A stretch of 64,000 bases of DNA from assembly GCF_009914755.1 (NCBI RefSeq), contig NC_060933.1. One strand, written 5' to 3'. The notes beneath the pieces are model-generated. The model did not search any database. It had not been told where the DNA came from and saw only the letters and a program-made list of their open reading frames with translations. A program made the position numbers and the translations under genes. The DNA is from the human T2T-CHM13v2.0 reference genome, Homo sapiens. Below, piece by piece: positions 27,490 through 42,800 of the stretch; the stretch's first letter is position 1, and each line of letters begins with the position of its first letter.

Positions 27490-30400
27490 TATAGGCTTGA
27501 CAAACCAAATATTGGCCATAAACCATTTAAGCAATTTTAATACAGTCACCCTAAAATATTTATTCATCATTTGGGTCATCTTACATATTCCATGATGAGT
27601 TACAAAGTGCAAGGCTCTTTACAATAAGAGCTTCAGGGATTCAGGGATGACCAGGCAGGCATCCAGTTCTTTTGTGCATACATGTTTAACACTGAACTTC
27701 TCACGTCAGATAATGATTTTGCTTTTCCAAATCTAAGACATTTGTACTCTTTAATAAATCATTATAGGGAAGTTGACTTGGATCAATTTTAAGGAGTTCA
27801 TTCAAATTGCACATCGTAACAGTTTCAGCATTGGCTGGCCTAGCATGAAAATCTGCCAGAACACTTCCTTGGTATTCAATTAATTCTTATTCTACTTGAT
27901 TTTGTGTTAACTTTATTAACCAATCATTAAGAATTTCAGAATTCCCACTCAGTCTAGTGGTAAGATCTTCAAGTTATCAAAAACTTGTACTTGTCAAAGT
28001 TCTTTCCATGAACTTTTTGAAAATGCAACACTTTCTGAGCTACAGCCAACTGAAAACGCTTTTAGAGAAGAAATAATTGAATGACAAAGACTTATAATGG
28101 CCATGTTAAAGCATCATAACCAGCATTTGATAAGGAAGCTTGGTTATCTCTATTGCATACAACATTTGAAGATAACAACTACAATTATCACTGATAGCAT
28201 TATATTAGGACTATTAGATTTCTATGAATTTCATAGAATTTCTCAAGCAAATTCATAAAGACAATTCAAAAAGATTTAACATCATATTATTTGCCAATGT
28301 TTTCCATACAACATATGAAATAAGCCTAATTAGTTTAACATCTCTACAAGATGAGATACTTCCTAATGCTCTCCAGGTACCCACCTAGAAAATCCCAAGT
28401 CAATTTTAGGTCAAAAAGACTAATTTATCATTTGATTTGGGGTAACATGAAAAATAGAGGTTTACAGGTCACTGTGAAATGATCACTTAATCAGAATGAT
28501 AATTAAATACACACATAGTGGTGGGGAAAATCCTAACTCTTCAGTAGAAAGAACTCAGTTTTCCTAAGTAATCAAACAACCTAATAAGGTTCTATTTCCT
28601 ATTAAGAACAGATCAATTCTACACAAAAACCTTTTCGTTTTAACATAGAGTACAGATTCTAATTTTGCATAGTTACACATTTGATGTCAATCCTCTGTTC
28701 TTAGAAAAACAATTCCCTTCTAATTCTTATCAGCTTGACCGCATACAATTTCTTTCACAAGACTTATCTTCCATAAACCTTCTACAACTTTCTTATCCAC
28801 TTTTATCTATCCTTTCTTTATTCTGAAACAAACTTTCAACAATCTGTAAATTAGACAAAATTACTCTCAACAAAAAATTTTTAAAAACCTACATCTTTCA
28901 TATGGTATAGATTCACCAACCAAAAACATGTCTTACTTTCCTCATATAGGAAGCCATAGTTTTTGTTTCAATTAATTAGAATCTCCTCAATTCGTAGTAA
29001 TCTTAATTTCCAATGGAAACCTTGGAAGCAAGCAATCTTGAACTGTTTTGTAGTAGCATTTTGTAGATGAGCACCATTTTAGCTTAGAAACATATGTCTT
29101 CATAGTACCACCCTTTTTATGTTTAAAGGACCAAAATGCACCTGAGTTTTCTATACTGCAAAAGAAAAAAAAAAACACAATATACCCCTAGCACAACTTA
29201 CTCATTATCAGACATAAACCGAGATGAGCACTATGTTTGGTATTAGATAAGTGGCAACAGAAATGGCTGACACAAGAAGTTCAGTTCAGCCATTCAACTA
29301 TTTGCAGATAGAAGTGGACAATTCTTTTTCTTTCTAGAATGTAACTACTAATTTTCTTATACTGTGTGTATGTATGCATCTGTTTCTCCTATGACACTGA
29401 GAGAAAAAACTACATCTACTCTGTTTATATCCCTGGCCCTAATACAATGTGTTACACATAGTATATAGTCAAATATCTGTTTAGTGAATGAATATGGCCA
29501 TACATTGATTATCAGCCTCAAAGAGCTCATCATTGCATTACTCTGTTTTCCAAGAAGACACATTCTACATTCTCAATGAAAGACATGAACAGCTGTTTTA
29601 TCTTTAGAACAGTTTCTATTAGCCTATCCCAATCACTGAAGTTAATTGGAAAGTCCCAGACTAGTCAAAAAAAAAAAAAATCACAGGTTTTCCTCCCCCA
29701 AAACACAATGAGATCAGAAGGGTTGAAGAGCAAGTTTCAATATCTTAACTTACTGAAAAATGAGTCATACATTTCATAGGTATCTATCACTTAATCCAAC
29801 ATAACTTTAAGACCTTGGATAATGGAAGATTGTTGTGACTCATTTACAAGTTTCCAACCTATTTACATTCACCTAGTTTACTCATTCTTAACAAATATGC
29901 TTAAATTGCTCATTACACAGAGGTAGCCATTGAAGTTCAGAAAATATTACCCCCAGATATATCACTGTGATATTGATTACCAACATGTAAGCAAGGCAAG
30001 GCATTCTGAATTCCTCTTAACTGCTGAAGACAGATTCTCCCAAGGGACTCTACTGTTACCATTCCTCTGAAGATTAACTCACAAGAAAGGAAGTTTCATC
30101 ACACCCTGACAGACCTTGCTACTAATCATCATCTATTCTCTTAAAGGCCCATTCATTTTTCTCAAAAAACATTCACAGAGCATGAGAATATTTTCTTTAC
30201 CCATTGACCAATTGACTTATTTCAGCAAGGGGGGTAACAGATCCGTGACCATTTCCTGAATGACCTGCCAGATTATTGCCCTAAGTTATTGTTACCTAGG
30301 TCATCCATTGAATTCAGGTTTCAGACCTAAATACCATTACCTGCTGAGACAAAGAAAGTAGAAAGCCCAGCTAAAACAAAATGGTCTGAGGCAAGGCTTG

Positions 30401-31430
30401 TTACATAGACTCAGGTCTTTTTGCCTTCCCTATTGCAAAGCCTCTAGTGACTTAGTTATTCCTGTCTTCCTGGCGTAGACAGGAAGACACCTCTGTACAC
30501 GGGACTTCCTCCACTGACACAAGTTTCCTTCATTAAAGATAGGTCTTAAAATAACTAAAAATAGGCAGCTGCTTCCCAACTCAACCTGTGTTCTTTTAAC
30601 TAAATTACTGAGTTCTGGGCAGAGCCTATTAAGGAATAAGGCAGACAAAGCATTTTTCATACAAGACTAGGATACTTTTTGCTATTATTCTGAGTTCAAA
30701 TTTTAGACCCTATTGATCTAAGAGCTCAACTTATATAAACAATTTTCCCCCTCACATTTTAGTCTCTTAAAAGCCTGTGTACTAATTAATAAATGAATGT
30801 CATGGCTTCTGTGGGGCTTTTGATTGTTCCTTTTCTAATATATCCTACAGATAATTTTACCCAAATTAAAACTTTCTAATTGTGGCCACTATAATTCCAA
30901 ATCACCTTTGGCAAGGTTTGCCCATTCCTCTTAAAAAAAAAAAAAAAAAAAGTATAATTCTGGGGATTCTTATGCATGAATTTGGCTGGGATTCCAAATG
31001 TAGGAGTTCCAGACCCTGGACCCATTCCAGTTTCTATTTAACACAAAACAGCCACCCCAAGAAGGACACATATGCCTTTTCAGAGCACAAAGTAACCCTC
31101 GGTGGAGTTTCAGAAGGTGGAATGGAATTTCTTATTGGATCCAAGTGAATCTGTGACTTTGTCTTAGAGTAACCTTACCTACTGAACCCAGTTCCATTTT
31201 TGTGGAGACTTTAAACCCAGCTTAGATTTTTTAAAAAATGCTCAAAAACACTCAGATAGCTCAAAACACACATTTGGAGAGCTTCATAACTTGAGAGAGA
31301 ACTCACCAATGATTCCCAGAAAATGCAAGAAAACAGGGAAGACAGTGGTCTCAGTATGCACCTACGCCTGGTTGCTTGATGTTCCCGGGGTGGCTGGAGT
31401 TCTGTCCTGAATCCTACCAATGATACCAAA
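27490..31430 (-). mobile_element. Decayed ERV1 (MER4-group) internal sequence, fragmented
   Basis: AT-rich MER4-int-like sequence at 27.5-29.15 kb and 30.2-31.4 kb; PBS-like TTTGGT directly after the LTR on the minus strand. Confidence 0.6.
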
Positions 31431-31787
31431 TGTCTTAAAAGGAAAGTCTTAGACAAGTTTAAGTGTTAAGTGAGTTTAATTGAGCAAAGAAAAACAAAAC
31501 AAAACAAAACAAAAAAAAAACGATTTTACCTGCTGGGCAGTCCTTCAAACCAGAGTAAGTTCAGAGAATGCCAACCAATAACATGATCTAATAGCATTTA
31601 TAGGAAATGGAAGTTTGGTATAGAGACAACTTAACTGGTTACAGCTTAATTGGTTAATTGGTTACAGAGACTCCTGCAATTAACTAAAACTCAGCTACTG
31701 TAGCTAAACTCCATATCGGTTTGGTCTGTTAGGCTTTGTATAGGAGCCTAGTCCAAATCAAGAGCCTTTCACAAATTTTATTTAACA
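31431..31787 (-). mobile_element. ERV1 LTR (MER4 group; MER93-like start TGTTAAATAAAATTT)
   Basis: Terminal motifs; adjacent to PBS-like site. Confidence 0.7.
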
Positions 31788-32218
31788 TCCCAAATGGTGA
31801 CTTGGGTATAATTAGTCTTGTAAATATTTCTTTCAGCACTACAATGAAATCAAAAGATTGGTTGTGATTCCTACTTTAGGTAGCTTTGCTATTCTTAATC
31901 TGCTCACAAAAAACTAAGGGTATTTTTTTTCCTTGAATCAGCTCCTACGATTGTAGTATTTTTAAAGAACTGTCCATTAATGTGAAGGAAACAACCTGGA
32001 TAAAGCCAGCTCTAGGAAACTGGATGTATAAATAGAAAAGTAGACCAATCAATTGATGTTTTTCTTCCCTTTCTTATGAAAGAAACCTACAAGATTCTCG
32101 CATTCTCTGAAGGCAGTGCTGCAAACTGGTTTGGAGAGCAGATATAGACTCAACATAGTTAGAGTAAGAATGAAGGAAAGAAAAGCAAAAAAAGGATGCA
32201 GGAGAAAGAAAAAAAGGA

Positions 32219-32908
32219 TGTTCTAAAGATTCCCCATGGGTTCAGACTGAAGCTAGTCTCCATTTGAGATCACGTTCATAAATACCTTTTAAGCCCACTC
32301 TATCAGGCTTTCCCGGCTCCTTTTTTCCTGAGAATAGCTTCCAAGCTATTCTCCCACTCCCCTCATCAATCTCTTGAACAGAAAAACCTGAAAACAAAAT
32401 AATCAATTTCTTGCCACTCAGAGTGTGGTTCTTAGACTAGCAACACTGGCATCACCTTAGAGATAGTTTGAAATACAGAATCTCAAGAACTGCCCTGATC
32501 TACTATATGGATGATGTTGATGGCACTGTGCAGATTTGCCACCTGCTAGTATACCCGTTCTCTAGCTACCCTGAGTATTGGCTGATAACAACAACTCTTA
32601 GCTGACCCTTTATCTAGAGCGTTATCCACACCTGGAAGTCTATACAATACACATTCCCATCATGCCACCCAGCAAACTTCAGCTAATGACTAACTGCTGC
32701 CTAGGAACAGAAGACTGGGCCTTCATCTCAGGATGAGACTCTTTCTTGCAATTTGTGTTCTAAAGATTCCCCATGGGTTCAGACTGAAGCTAGTCTCCAT
32801 TTGAGATCACATTCATAAATACCTTTTAAGCCCACTCTATCAGGCTTTCCCTACTCCTTTTCTCCTGAGAATAGCTTCCTCCCACTCCCTTCATCAATCA
32901 CTTGAACA
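32219..32908 (+). repeat. ~160-bp direct repeat (32219-32380 and 32756-32908)
   Basis: Near-identical, with one ~9-bp indel. Confidence 0.95.
32415..32505. mobile_element. MER5A fragment
   Basis: CTCAGAGTGTGGTTCTTAGACTAGCAACACTGGCATCACC...CAGAATCTC. Confidence 0.7.
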
Positions 32909-32955
32909 AGAATCCCCATCTCAGCCTCTGCGTTTAAGGAACTCAACCTAAGTCA
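32510..32955 (+). mobile_element. LTR16-type 5' LTR (ERVL)
   Basis: Ends CACTTGAACAAGAATCCCCATCTCAGCCTCTGC...AACCTAAG. Confidence 0.8.
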
Positions 32956-34075
32956 GTTTATACCAGAAGTAAACTCAAGAAGAAAACTCTAAGGATGGAA
33001 TTTTCCTGCAGTCGGCTTGCCAATCCGAATACCTGGTGTTAGGTGGTGTGTTAATAGTCTCTGGCATGCTGCAGTATGCAACTACTCAACTTTCACATGG
33101 GTAGAATGGGATGGGATCCAGGCGGAAGGGATGCACTAACTGGTGAAATTTCACAGGCTTTGCAGAGATATGGGAAATGGCAACTATAAAGACTGTGAAA
33201 TTGAGTGGCTGTTCCTAAGTGCCGTTGATTTATTGAAGAAAGAAAATGACAGGCTCAGACCTCCTAACAATTTAAAACAAAGTGTGTCAGAGGCCTCCTT
33301 GGCAGCGTTTAAAAAGGCTCTCATCCCCTGAAGACAGAGGGTAGATACTGCTGAAGATTGTAGATAGAACTTCAGTGTAACATTGTCAGAACTTCAGAGG
33401 ATTTTTGGCCTAGGCACATCTTCTGTGACAGCACAGGGCTCCGAGTTTGAGATGGTGATACATGGGTAAGTAACCTTGTGAGCCTTGTATCCTTAATTTC
33501 TCAGAACCTCAGGCTAGCAGACATGGCCAACTCCTTTTTGGAAAAGCACTCATCCCTCCTTGTTTAAGACAATGTAGGGGCCTCAAATGAGACAGGTTTC
33601 AAACAAGGCAATGGCTTACCTCCTCACAACCTGTCCTCTCCTTGCAGCCTTGGCACTAGGCTTTTAATTATAGTTAAATCTCAGCACAACCAGCCCAGAG
33701 AAGTGCAGAACCCATCAAGAAATAAAACGATTATACACCAAGGTTGCTATGGGGCCAATGATAGTATCATTGGCAGGAACCAGGAGATTATATCTGAGAG
33801 TGGATCCTGATGGAGCTGGATCAAGAAAGGTAGAATATAAAGCTGGATAAAGGAGGCTTTATAACATGAGGGAACTCCCTCGTATTACAGGATTTAACTC
33901 CCTGTCAGGAGCATTAGGTGATGGATCTCGAACACTGCTGAGATGACTCTTAGAAGCTTGGGAAAAGCTACAGCTGACATTAAGTCAAATAGAGATGGAA
34001 AAAGCACCATGGAAAACTGTGAGAAAGAGCTCAAAAGGTGTAGAGAATTGAGCATGCTAGAATGGATCTGTTATA

Positions 34076-34519
34076 CAGTTGACCCTCAAATAACATGGGT
34101 TTGAACTGCATGATTCACTTACATGCAGGTTTTTTCCTGCCTCTGCCATCCCTGAGACAGCAAGACCAATCCCCTCCTCTGCCTCCTCCTCCTCAGGCTA
34201 CTCAGTGTGAAGACCAAAAGGATGAGGATCTTTATGATGATCGACTTTCACTTAATGAATAATATATTTTTTCTTCCTTGTGATTTTCTTAATAACATTT
34301 TCTTCTCTCTAGCTTACTTTATTGTAAGAATATAGTATATAATATATATAACATACAGAAAATGTATAAATCAACTGTTATCAGTAATGCTTCTGGTTAA
34401 CAGTAAGCTGTTAGTAGTTACGTTTGGTAGGGGCGGGGGGCGTCAAAAGTTTAGACCCAGATTTTGGACGGCACAGAAAGGTAAGGACTCATAACCCCAT
34501 GTTGTTCAAGTGTCACCTG
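34076..34519. mobile_element. Tigger2a/MER28-like (TcMar) DNA transposon
   Basis: TIRs CAGTTGACCCTCAAATAACATGGG / CCCATGTTGTTCAAGTGTCACCTG; TA target on the left. Confidence 0.85.
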
Positions 34520-34999
34520 TTTAAGATGGAAAATCCAACAGCTCATCATTTTCCGCAGGAGGGCCTGGAGAGTACTCTGTTTATTGAGGCAACAAGAAAC
34601 AAACTGGCAGAGAATACACCAGCATTGCCACCAAGTCCAGTAGTGCCTTTCCTCTGTAGGTTGATCTCCTGGTAGGAGAGATGCTGTTACAGAATTGTAC
34701 TCTCTAGAAGCAATGGGGATAATAGAATCTTGGGTAGTATGGTTAGCAAAAACAGAATGACAGCAAGGAGGGTCTGACTTATCATGACCCATAGTGATGG
34801 CTTATACATGGTGTTCCTAGGGACAAGATAAATGGTCAGCCAACAAGGGTACTGTTTTATGTATATCCAAAAGAAATCAATAATAAATGAGCAGAGGGCC
34901 AAGGTTTTCCTCCTCAATGGCAAGTTATAAAATTTTGCCCAGTTTCCAGATAGGAGCCAGATCCCAGGGGTAGAATTCATTGACTAATGGAGGGACATA

Positions 35000-35115
35000 G
35001 CTGCTGCACAGGTGCCTGTGGTCTCAACTACTTGGGAGGCTGAGGTGGGAGGATTCCTTGAGCCCAGGAGTTTGAGTCCAGCCTGGAAAACATAGCAAGA
35101 CCCCATTTCCAAAAC
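35000..35115 (+). mobile_element. FLAM (Alu monomer)
   Basis: Single ~115-bp arm ending CAAGACCCCATTTCCAAAA. Confidence 0.8.
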
Positions 35116-35178
35116 AATATCATAGATCCTGTGGCAGAACTTGGTAAATAGGAAATAAAAAAGGCACAAAAATGTTAA

Positions 35179-35524
<346 letters not shown>

Positions 35525-38214
35525 ATTTTTTTAATTAAAAAAAAAAATCAATGGCACCTGTAGGCTTTCTTTTCCCAGTGGGACCTATCACTATTTACTT
35601 TTATAATGGCACACTCAGAAAAGATGAATACTCAGATGCTTCAAGACTATTTGGATGCAGGACCCAAGTGTAATTTGATAGCAGAAGATCCAAAGTGCCA
35701 TCTTGCCCCCTCCCTATGTTCAGATAAGGAACGGAGTTCTGACCCAGGTCTGATCCACAGTGGGGATACTGGGCCCATGAACCTGCTTGATTGTCATTTC
35801 CACAGTCCCTAAATGTATAATTCAAGTGGATATATTTAGCAGTTGGCAGAAACTTCCTTGATCTATGAGTAAAAGTGGTTATCATAGGGAAGCCAAGTGA
35901 GAAACTCTGAAATTATCCCCACCCTCCCCAGCAATTAGAGTAAATAAAAACAATATCACATCACAGCACAATAACACAGCCAGTGCTACCCTTAAAGACT
36001 TTAAACATGCCGAGCTGATATTCCCTACTTCATTCCCATTTGATTCACCAGTATGGCCCCTGCAAAAGGCTGGTTGGATTTACAGTACTACATGTGATTA
36101 TCTTTCTTAGGCAAGATTAACACAGCCTCAGAGAGATAGCATGTAGACACTGAACTGGAAAACCGTGCCATACTCACAAAGAAAGATCAGAGCAGTTTAC
36201 ATTCACATGGGATATAAACTTACTGTCATATCCCAAGATTATGTTAATTCTCATGTTGTCTGTCGTAATATAGATTGAAGGGGCCTGGACAGCCTGGACA
36301 ATTTTTTGAAAATTAATATCATATTGACTAAGTGATCATATTAGTATGATAACATAATCAAATTATATTAAGTGAACTAACATATTAACTAATTACATGT
36401 ACATTTCCAAGGCATGTGCATTCCACTTTTTGGCATGTACTATGCATGCCTTGGAAATGCACATGTAATTCAGAGAATGGGAAAAGACCTCACATTTCCT
36501 ACCACAAAGGATGAAACCCAACCCTTGGTAGTCTTCTTGGGTTTTGTAAACAGCATATCTTGCACTTGGGAATGCTGAAACTACCCCTTCATCATGTTCG
36601 GTTGAAAGCTGTTACCTTTGATTGAAGCCCAGAAAAAGAAAGTGCTCTGCAGCAGTTCCTCTTGTGGTTTTAGAATTGCTGGCATTTGATCTCTATGATT
36701 CAGCAGATTCCATGATACAAGAGGTATCTGTGGTAGATAAAGACACCGTGTAGAGCCTTTAGCAAGGCCCATTAGGAGAGTCACAACAGAAACTAGTGAT
36801 TTGGAAGCAAATCCATGCTACATGCAGCAAAGAGCTACACAGCATTCAAAAAAACAGGTCCTGGAATGCTACTCAGTCCTTGCAGGATCTAAGCATCTGA
36901 CCTTGGGAATTAAGTGACTATGTGGCCATAACTACTCAGCATAAATTGGATACTTTCAGATCCACCACATCATCACTTCAGGTGGTTCTAGCAGCAATCC
37001 ATAATATAATGGACATGGTACATCCACAGTCAGGCTCAAGCTGGTCAGGAGGACACCTAAAGTGCATGAACAGCCTGCTCAGAACCCATGCTTCTCTGGT
37101 GCCCATCCTCAGCTCATGCTTCAACTGCATAGGCATTTTCTATGACTAACTAAAGGGAGAGGAAAGACACCAGCCTGGTTCACAGATGGGTCAGTGTAGT
37201 AAATGGATGCAAGCCAAAAGAGAATGGTAGCTGCATCATGTCCCCACTCAGGACCAGACTAGAAAAGAGTGTTGAGAGAAAGGCCTTTTGTTGGGCAGAG
37301 CTTCAGAAACCGCATGGAGTGATACACTGGGATCATAAAAAGTGGACCAAGATAAGAGGATCCATAGACTCAAGAACAAGGAGAAATGGCTTATCTGGTA
37401 GGTGAGTAGCTTGGAAACAATTAAATTAGATTACTGGGTACAACGAGGTCTGGGGAAGTAACAGATGTGTGGACTTTTGAGAATGAGCACAAAGTGTGAG
37501 AATCTTTGTATCCCATGTTAATGCCAACCAGAGAGCACCCACTACAGAAGAGGCCTTTATCCACCTAGTGGACAAGATGGTTCCACTAGTAGATGTCTTC
37601 TAACCTTTATGTTTCACCACACCGATGTTTGCACCGTAGACCCATAAAGGAAGTGGCTATGGCGGCAAAGATGGAAGCTATCTGTGAGCCAGATAGCATG
37701 GTCTCCCTCTCACTAATGCTAATATAGCTCCTGACCCTCTTGAATATCCCACCTGCCAGCAAAAGGGAACAATACTGAGACCTCAAAAGAGTACCACTCC
37801 TCAAGAAAACCAGGCAGCCATTTGCAGCAAGTTGATGTTACTGGACTTCTTTCCTCTGGTAGTGGCAGCCATTCATCACTGACTGGAATCAACACATATT
37901 CCAGGTTTGGGTTTGCCTTTCTTGTCCACATGCCTTAGCAAGCACTGCTATTCAAAGACTGATAGAGTGTTTGATCTACCAACGTCATCTCAGGCCAACA
38001 CATTTTACTTAAAGAAGTGCTTGGGACCAACTGCAGCACCTAACTATGGTTTGTCTCACAAACTCTCTTTTTATAAGTTTTCCCAAAACTAACCAACCCA
38101 AATCCTAAAGAAGCTGTCTTTAGAAGACATGAACTTAATGTGGGAAGGATGTGAAGAGAGATGCAAGAAGTTGATAGTAATAAATGCTAGTGGTTCCCCA
38201 TTGAGATTACCTCT

Positions 38215-38460
38215 ACCAGGCAATGTACACATGAATTTTGGCATACAAAAACTCACAGCTGCCCTCATTTCCAGAAAATTGCCTTTGTCCAGTAGACAGG
38301 AACTGCTTTGACCAGTAGACTCTTCCCTGTCACCCCCCGGCATAGACCTTAGCCAATGTGTGACTAGCTGTGGTTACCAAAGACCAGCTTTCTTGACTGA
38401 GAGTGGGATAAACTCTCCAGCATATTCTGTGCTCAGGCAGTAGCATCAGACAGACTATGA
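38215..38460 (+). mobile_element. LTR16-type 3' LTR fragment
   Basis: Similar to 32540-32760 (AACTCACAGCTGCCC..., AGCCAATG..., GGGATAAACTCT). Confidence 0.6.
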
Positions 38461-38486
38461 AATAAATCATAGGCAAATGATTTAAT

Positions 38487-38778
38487 CATTTTTTTCTTTG
38501 GGTCTTGCTCTGTTGTCCAGGCTGGAGTGCAATGGCACAATCATAGTTCACCACAGCCTCGAACACCTGGGTTCAAGTGATCCTCCTGCCTCAGCCTCCT
38601 GAGTAGCTAGGAGTACAGGCACATACCATCATGCCAGACTAACTTTCTTTTTATTTTTCGTAGAAATGGGGTCTCATTATGTTGCCCGGGTGGTCTCAAA
38701 CTCCTGACCTCAAATGACCCTCCTTCCTCAGCTTCCCCAAATGCTTAGATTAAAGGTGTAAGCCACCATGCCCAGCCC
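38487..38778 (-). mobile_element. AluJ
   Basis: Antisense diverged dimer. Confidence 0.93.
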
Positions 38779-38844
38779 TAATGTAATAATTCTTTAAGCA
38801 TCAGTTTCCTAATCCATTAAACATATTATAAAAGTAATCACCTT

Positions 38845-39340
<496 letters not shown>

Positions 39341-39534
39341 CTAGGATTCTTTAGGCCTATAATACTAGAAGAATAAGTGTAAAAACGTGTGTGTGTGTCT
39401 ATATGTGTGTGTATATATATGTATTATTATAAACTTATGTGATATAAATATTTGTGTGTGTTGGGAAAAAATTCAGTAGAAGAGAAAACCGCTTCTACTA
39501 TAAACAGCTACATGGGCAGCAAATACATGGGCCA

Positions 39535-40078
<544 letters not shown>

Positions 40079-40727
40079 CTACATTTTGTCAACAGTACAA
40101 ACATTTGGCAGATATATATGATTCCTCAAAATATTTACAAAGTTATATATGGTCTAAGATGACTACTGGCAAAGATTAATTCATCAGAAATATATGTATG
40201 TATCACTAAGTGCTTATAATTCACAGAAATGATATTTCTCAGAGATTATACTGTCTTCCCTGTTTAATAAATGTGTGCACACACACACCTAAGTAGCCAC
40301 ACATCTTCTATTTGTCCTTTAATGCGTAACAGTATTTTGATCTTCTTTTCTTTGTTGAGTAATACTTTGTTGCCACCTGATACTGCTTCCAGATAATAAC
40401 AATTTACTAAAAATTGTAAAAAAAAAATAAAAAGAAAATAAAAGCAAGTATCCATGATGAAGGAAAATCTACATATCTCTCTATCTGAAGTTTTCTATGG
40501 AAATATGCTTCTGAGAGTTGTAAATAGTGTGTATAGTACAATGTGCCATATCAGAGGGCATATTAGAATATGACAGCTAGGAAAAGTGTTTAAAGCCAGC
40601 TATTGATAGCTTTTATGTCAAACAAAATCTTCTAATGGAAGATTTTGTGGTGACAGAATATTCAGAGTAAAGGTGACTAGGAGACGTGAAAGAAAGATCA
40701 GTAGTACTTATAAACAACGTTTAGTTT

Positions 40728-41136
<409 letters not shown>

Positions 41137-42029
41137 CTAGAAGAAAGTTAGGAAACTCTACAGTATTCCTTCTAAATCATTTCTGTAGCCGTTTATAAAT
41201 ATTCTATGGTCGGATTGGGCATATCCTAATGTCCATCTGTTCACAGGATAGATGGTTTAATCTCCAGTTAATTCCAATTGTGAAATTGCTGCACAAGAAG
41301 CTGTCTGAGTGACTGCAGAGAGAACTGACTTAGCATCTGCGACTTTGGCTTACCTGAAGAAAACTGGTGACGAGCACAAAAAAATAAGCTTTATCTTTAA
41401 CCAAGGGGGACAATTAGGGTGGACCCAGCAAGAAACTGCATTAAACATGTTTCTTCCTGCAGGCACCTGAGCCCCAGGATACTTCTCAGCTCTCTCCCTG
41501 AGAATTCTCAGCTCCCCCACTACCCAGATTTCTCTCTTTTTCTTAGAGACAAACACACTTACAAACACAGTTTTATGATCTGATATTTTTCATTTAAGAC
41601 ATGCATTAATGTCTAAGTGGAATTACTTATGTCTACTCTGGCTTTGACTTGCACCTATGAATTAGTCTTGTGCCAATAAACCTAATCTGATGGTAATAAC
41701 CTAAAGTTTCCAGTAATAGGATTCCTCACACTGAATCTTCTGCAGTTTTCTTATAAGACTCATGTTGACTGTATAGGGTTTAGTAAAGCAAGGTAGCCCT
41801 TGTAGGAAAAGGGCAAATGGCTCTAAGGAATTTTGTAGTTCAAAGTCAGATTGCTTTACCTGTCATTTCATTGAGGAAGGTGGCAAATGAGAGAGTGAAG
41901 ACAGAGAAAATGATAGGAAAGAACTTGGATAATTTGGATAATTTGAGAGACCTGTTATGGTGTACAAAGAGAAAATTGAAAGCTGATATTTAACAAATAC
42001 ATCCCATACCCTGTGCTGGCCAATTTGAA

Positions 42030-42165
42030 ATAAATGGGCTTTAATTTTTATATTTTCTAGAAGAAACTATAGCTCAGAGAGGTTACATAGCTTGTCCAAG
42101 ATTTGCAGCTAGTAAGTGACATATCCCTGGTTCCGTTCCAGAGCTGACTTTCTTGTAATATCATG
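42030..42165 (-). mobile_element. MIR fragment
   Basis: GAAACTATAGCTCAGAGAGGTT...TTGTCCAAG...AGCTAGTAAGTG. Confidence 0.7.
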
Positions 42166-42379
42166 CTGCATAAGGAGAAGTCCCAGAGGGAGAGAGTCCC
42201 ATGTATCACACACCAATAGTTCCACCAGATAATTAAGACATGATGAAAAAGTGCAAATGGACCTATTCCCTATAATCTTCCACCACAGTGAGGCTGGAGG
42301 GAAAGCACAGATGATGGGACAGGCTTGCTCTGTGCTATGGCTGCCAAAGGAAAGACCCCTATGAAGAGAAGACTATTAA

Positions 42380-42800
42380 CAATCCCAGCTCCATTAAATT
42401 TAAAGCAGCTGCTAACAGTGGGGGCCTTTACATTGTCAATTATATGAATTTTCCTATTACTATGTCAAACCAAAGAGCAATTATAGCACATTCATCAAAC
42501 ATTGCTTCCGCCTCTCTGGTTCTGTACATTAATGCCACAGTGGCAGGCCTTAGAAATCCTTGAAGACAAATCTGACATGCGGACTTTAATTGTTTCTAGG
42601 ATTTGTGGTCAGAAACAACACTAGGTGAGTAGTAGGGGGTCAATTACACAATTAGATGGTGATAGGCAGAGACCAACTGAACTCACACAATGCACCGAAT
42701 ATTTACATATCAGTCCACTTCAGGAAATGCTTTGACACCTACTACTTCCCTTCAGGTTGACATTTATCCCATTAACCTGTCTTGGAAGTATTTAATTATT
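42380..42800. promoter_or_regulatory. Putative enhancer-like unique block
   Basis: Repeat-free; SOX CATTGTC, TAAT/ATTA cluster, CAGCTG, TGTCA, CATCAAA. Confidence 0.35.
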
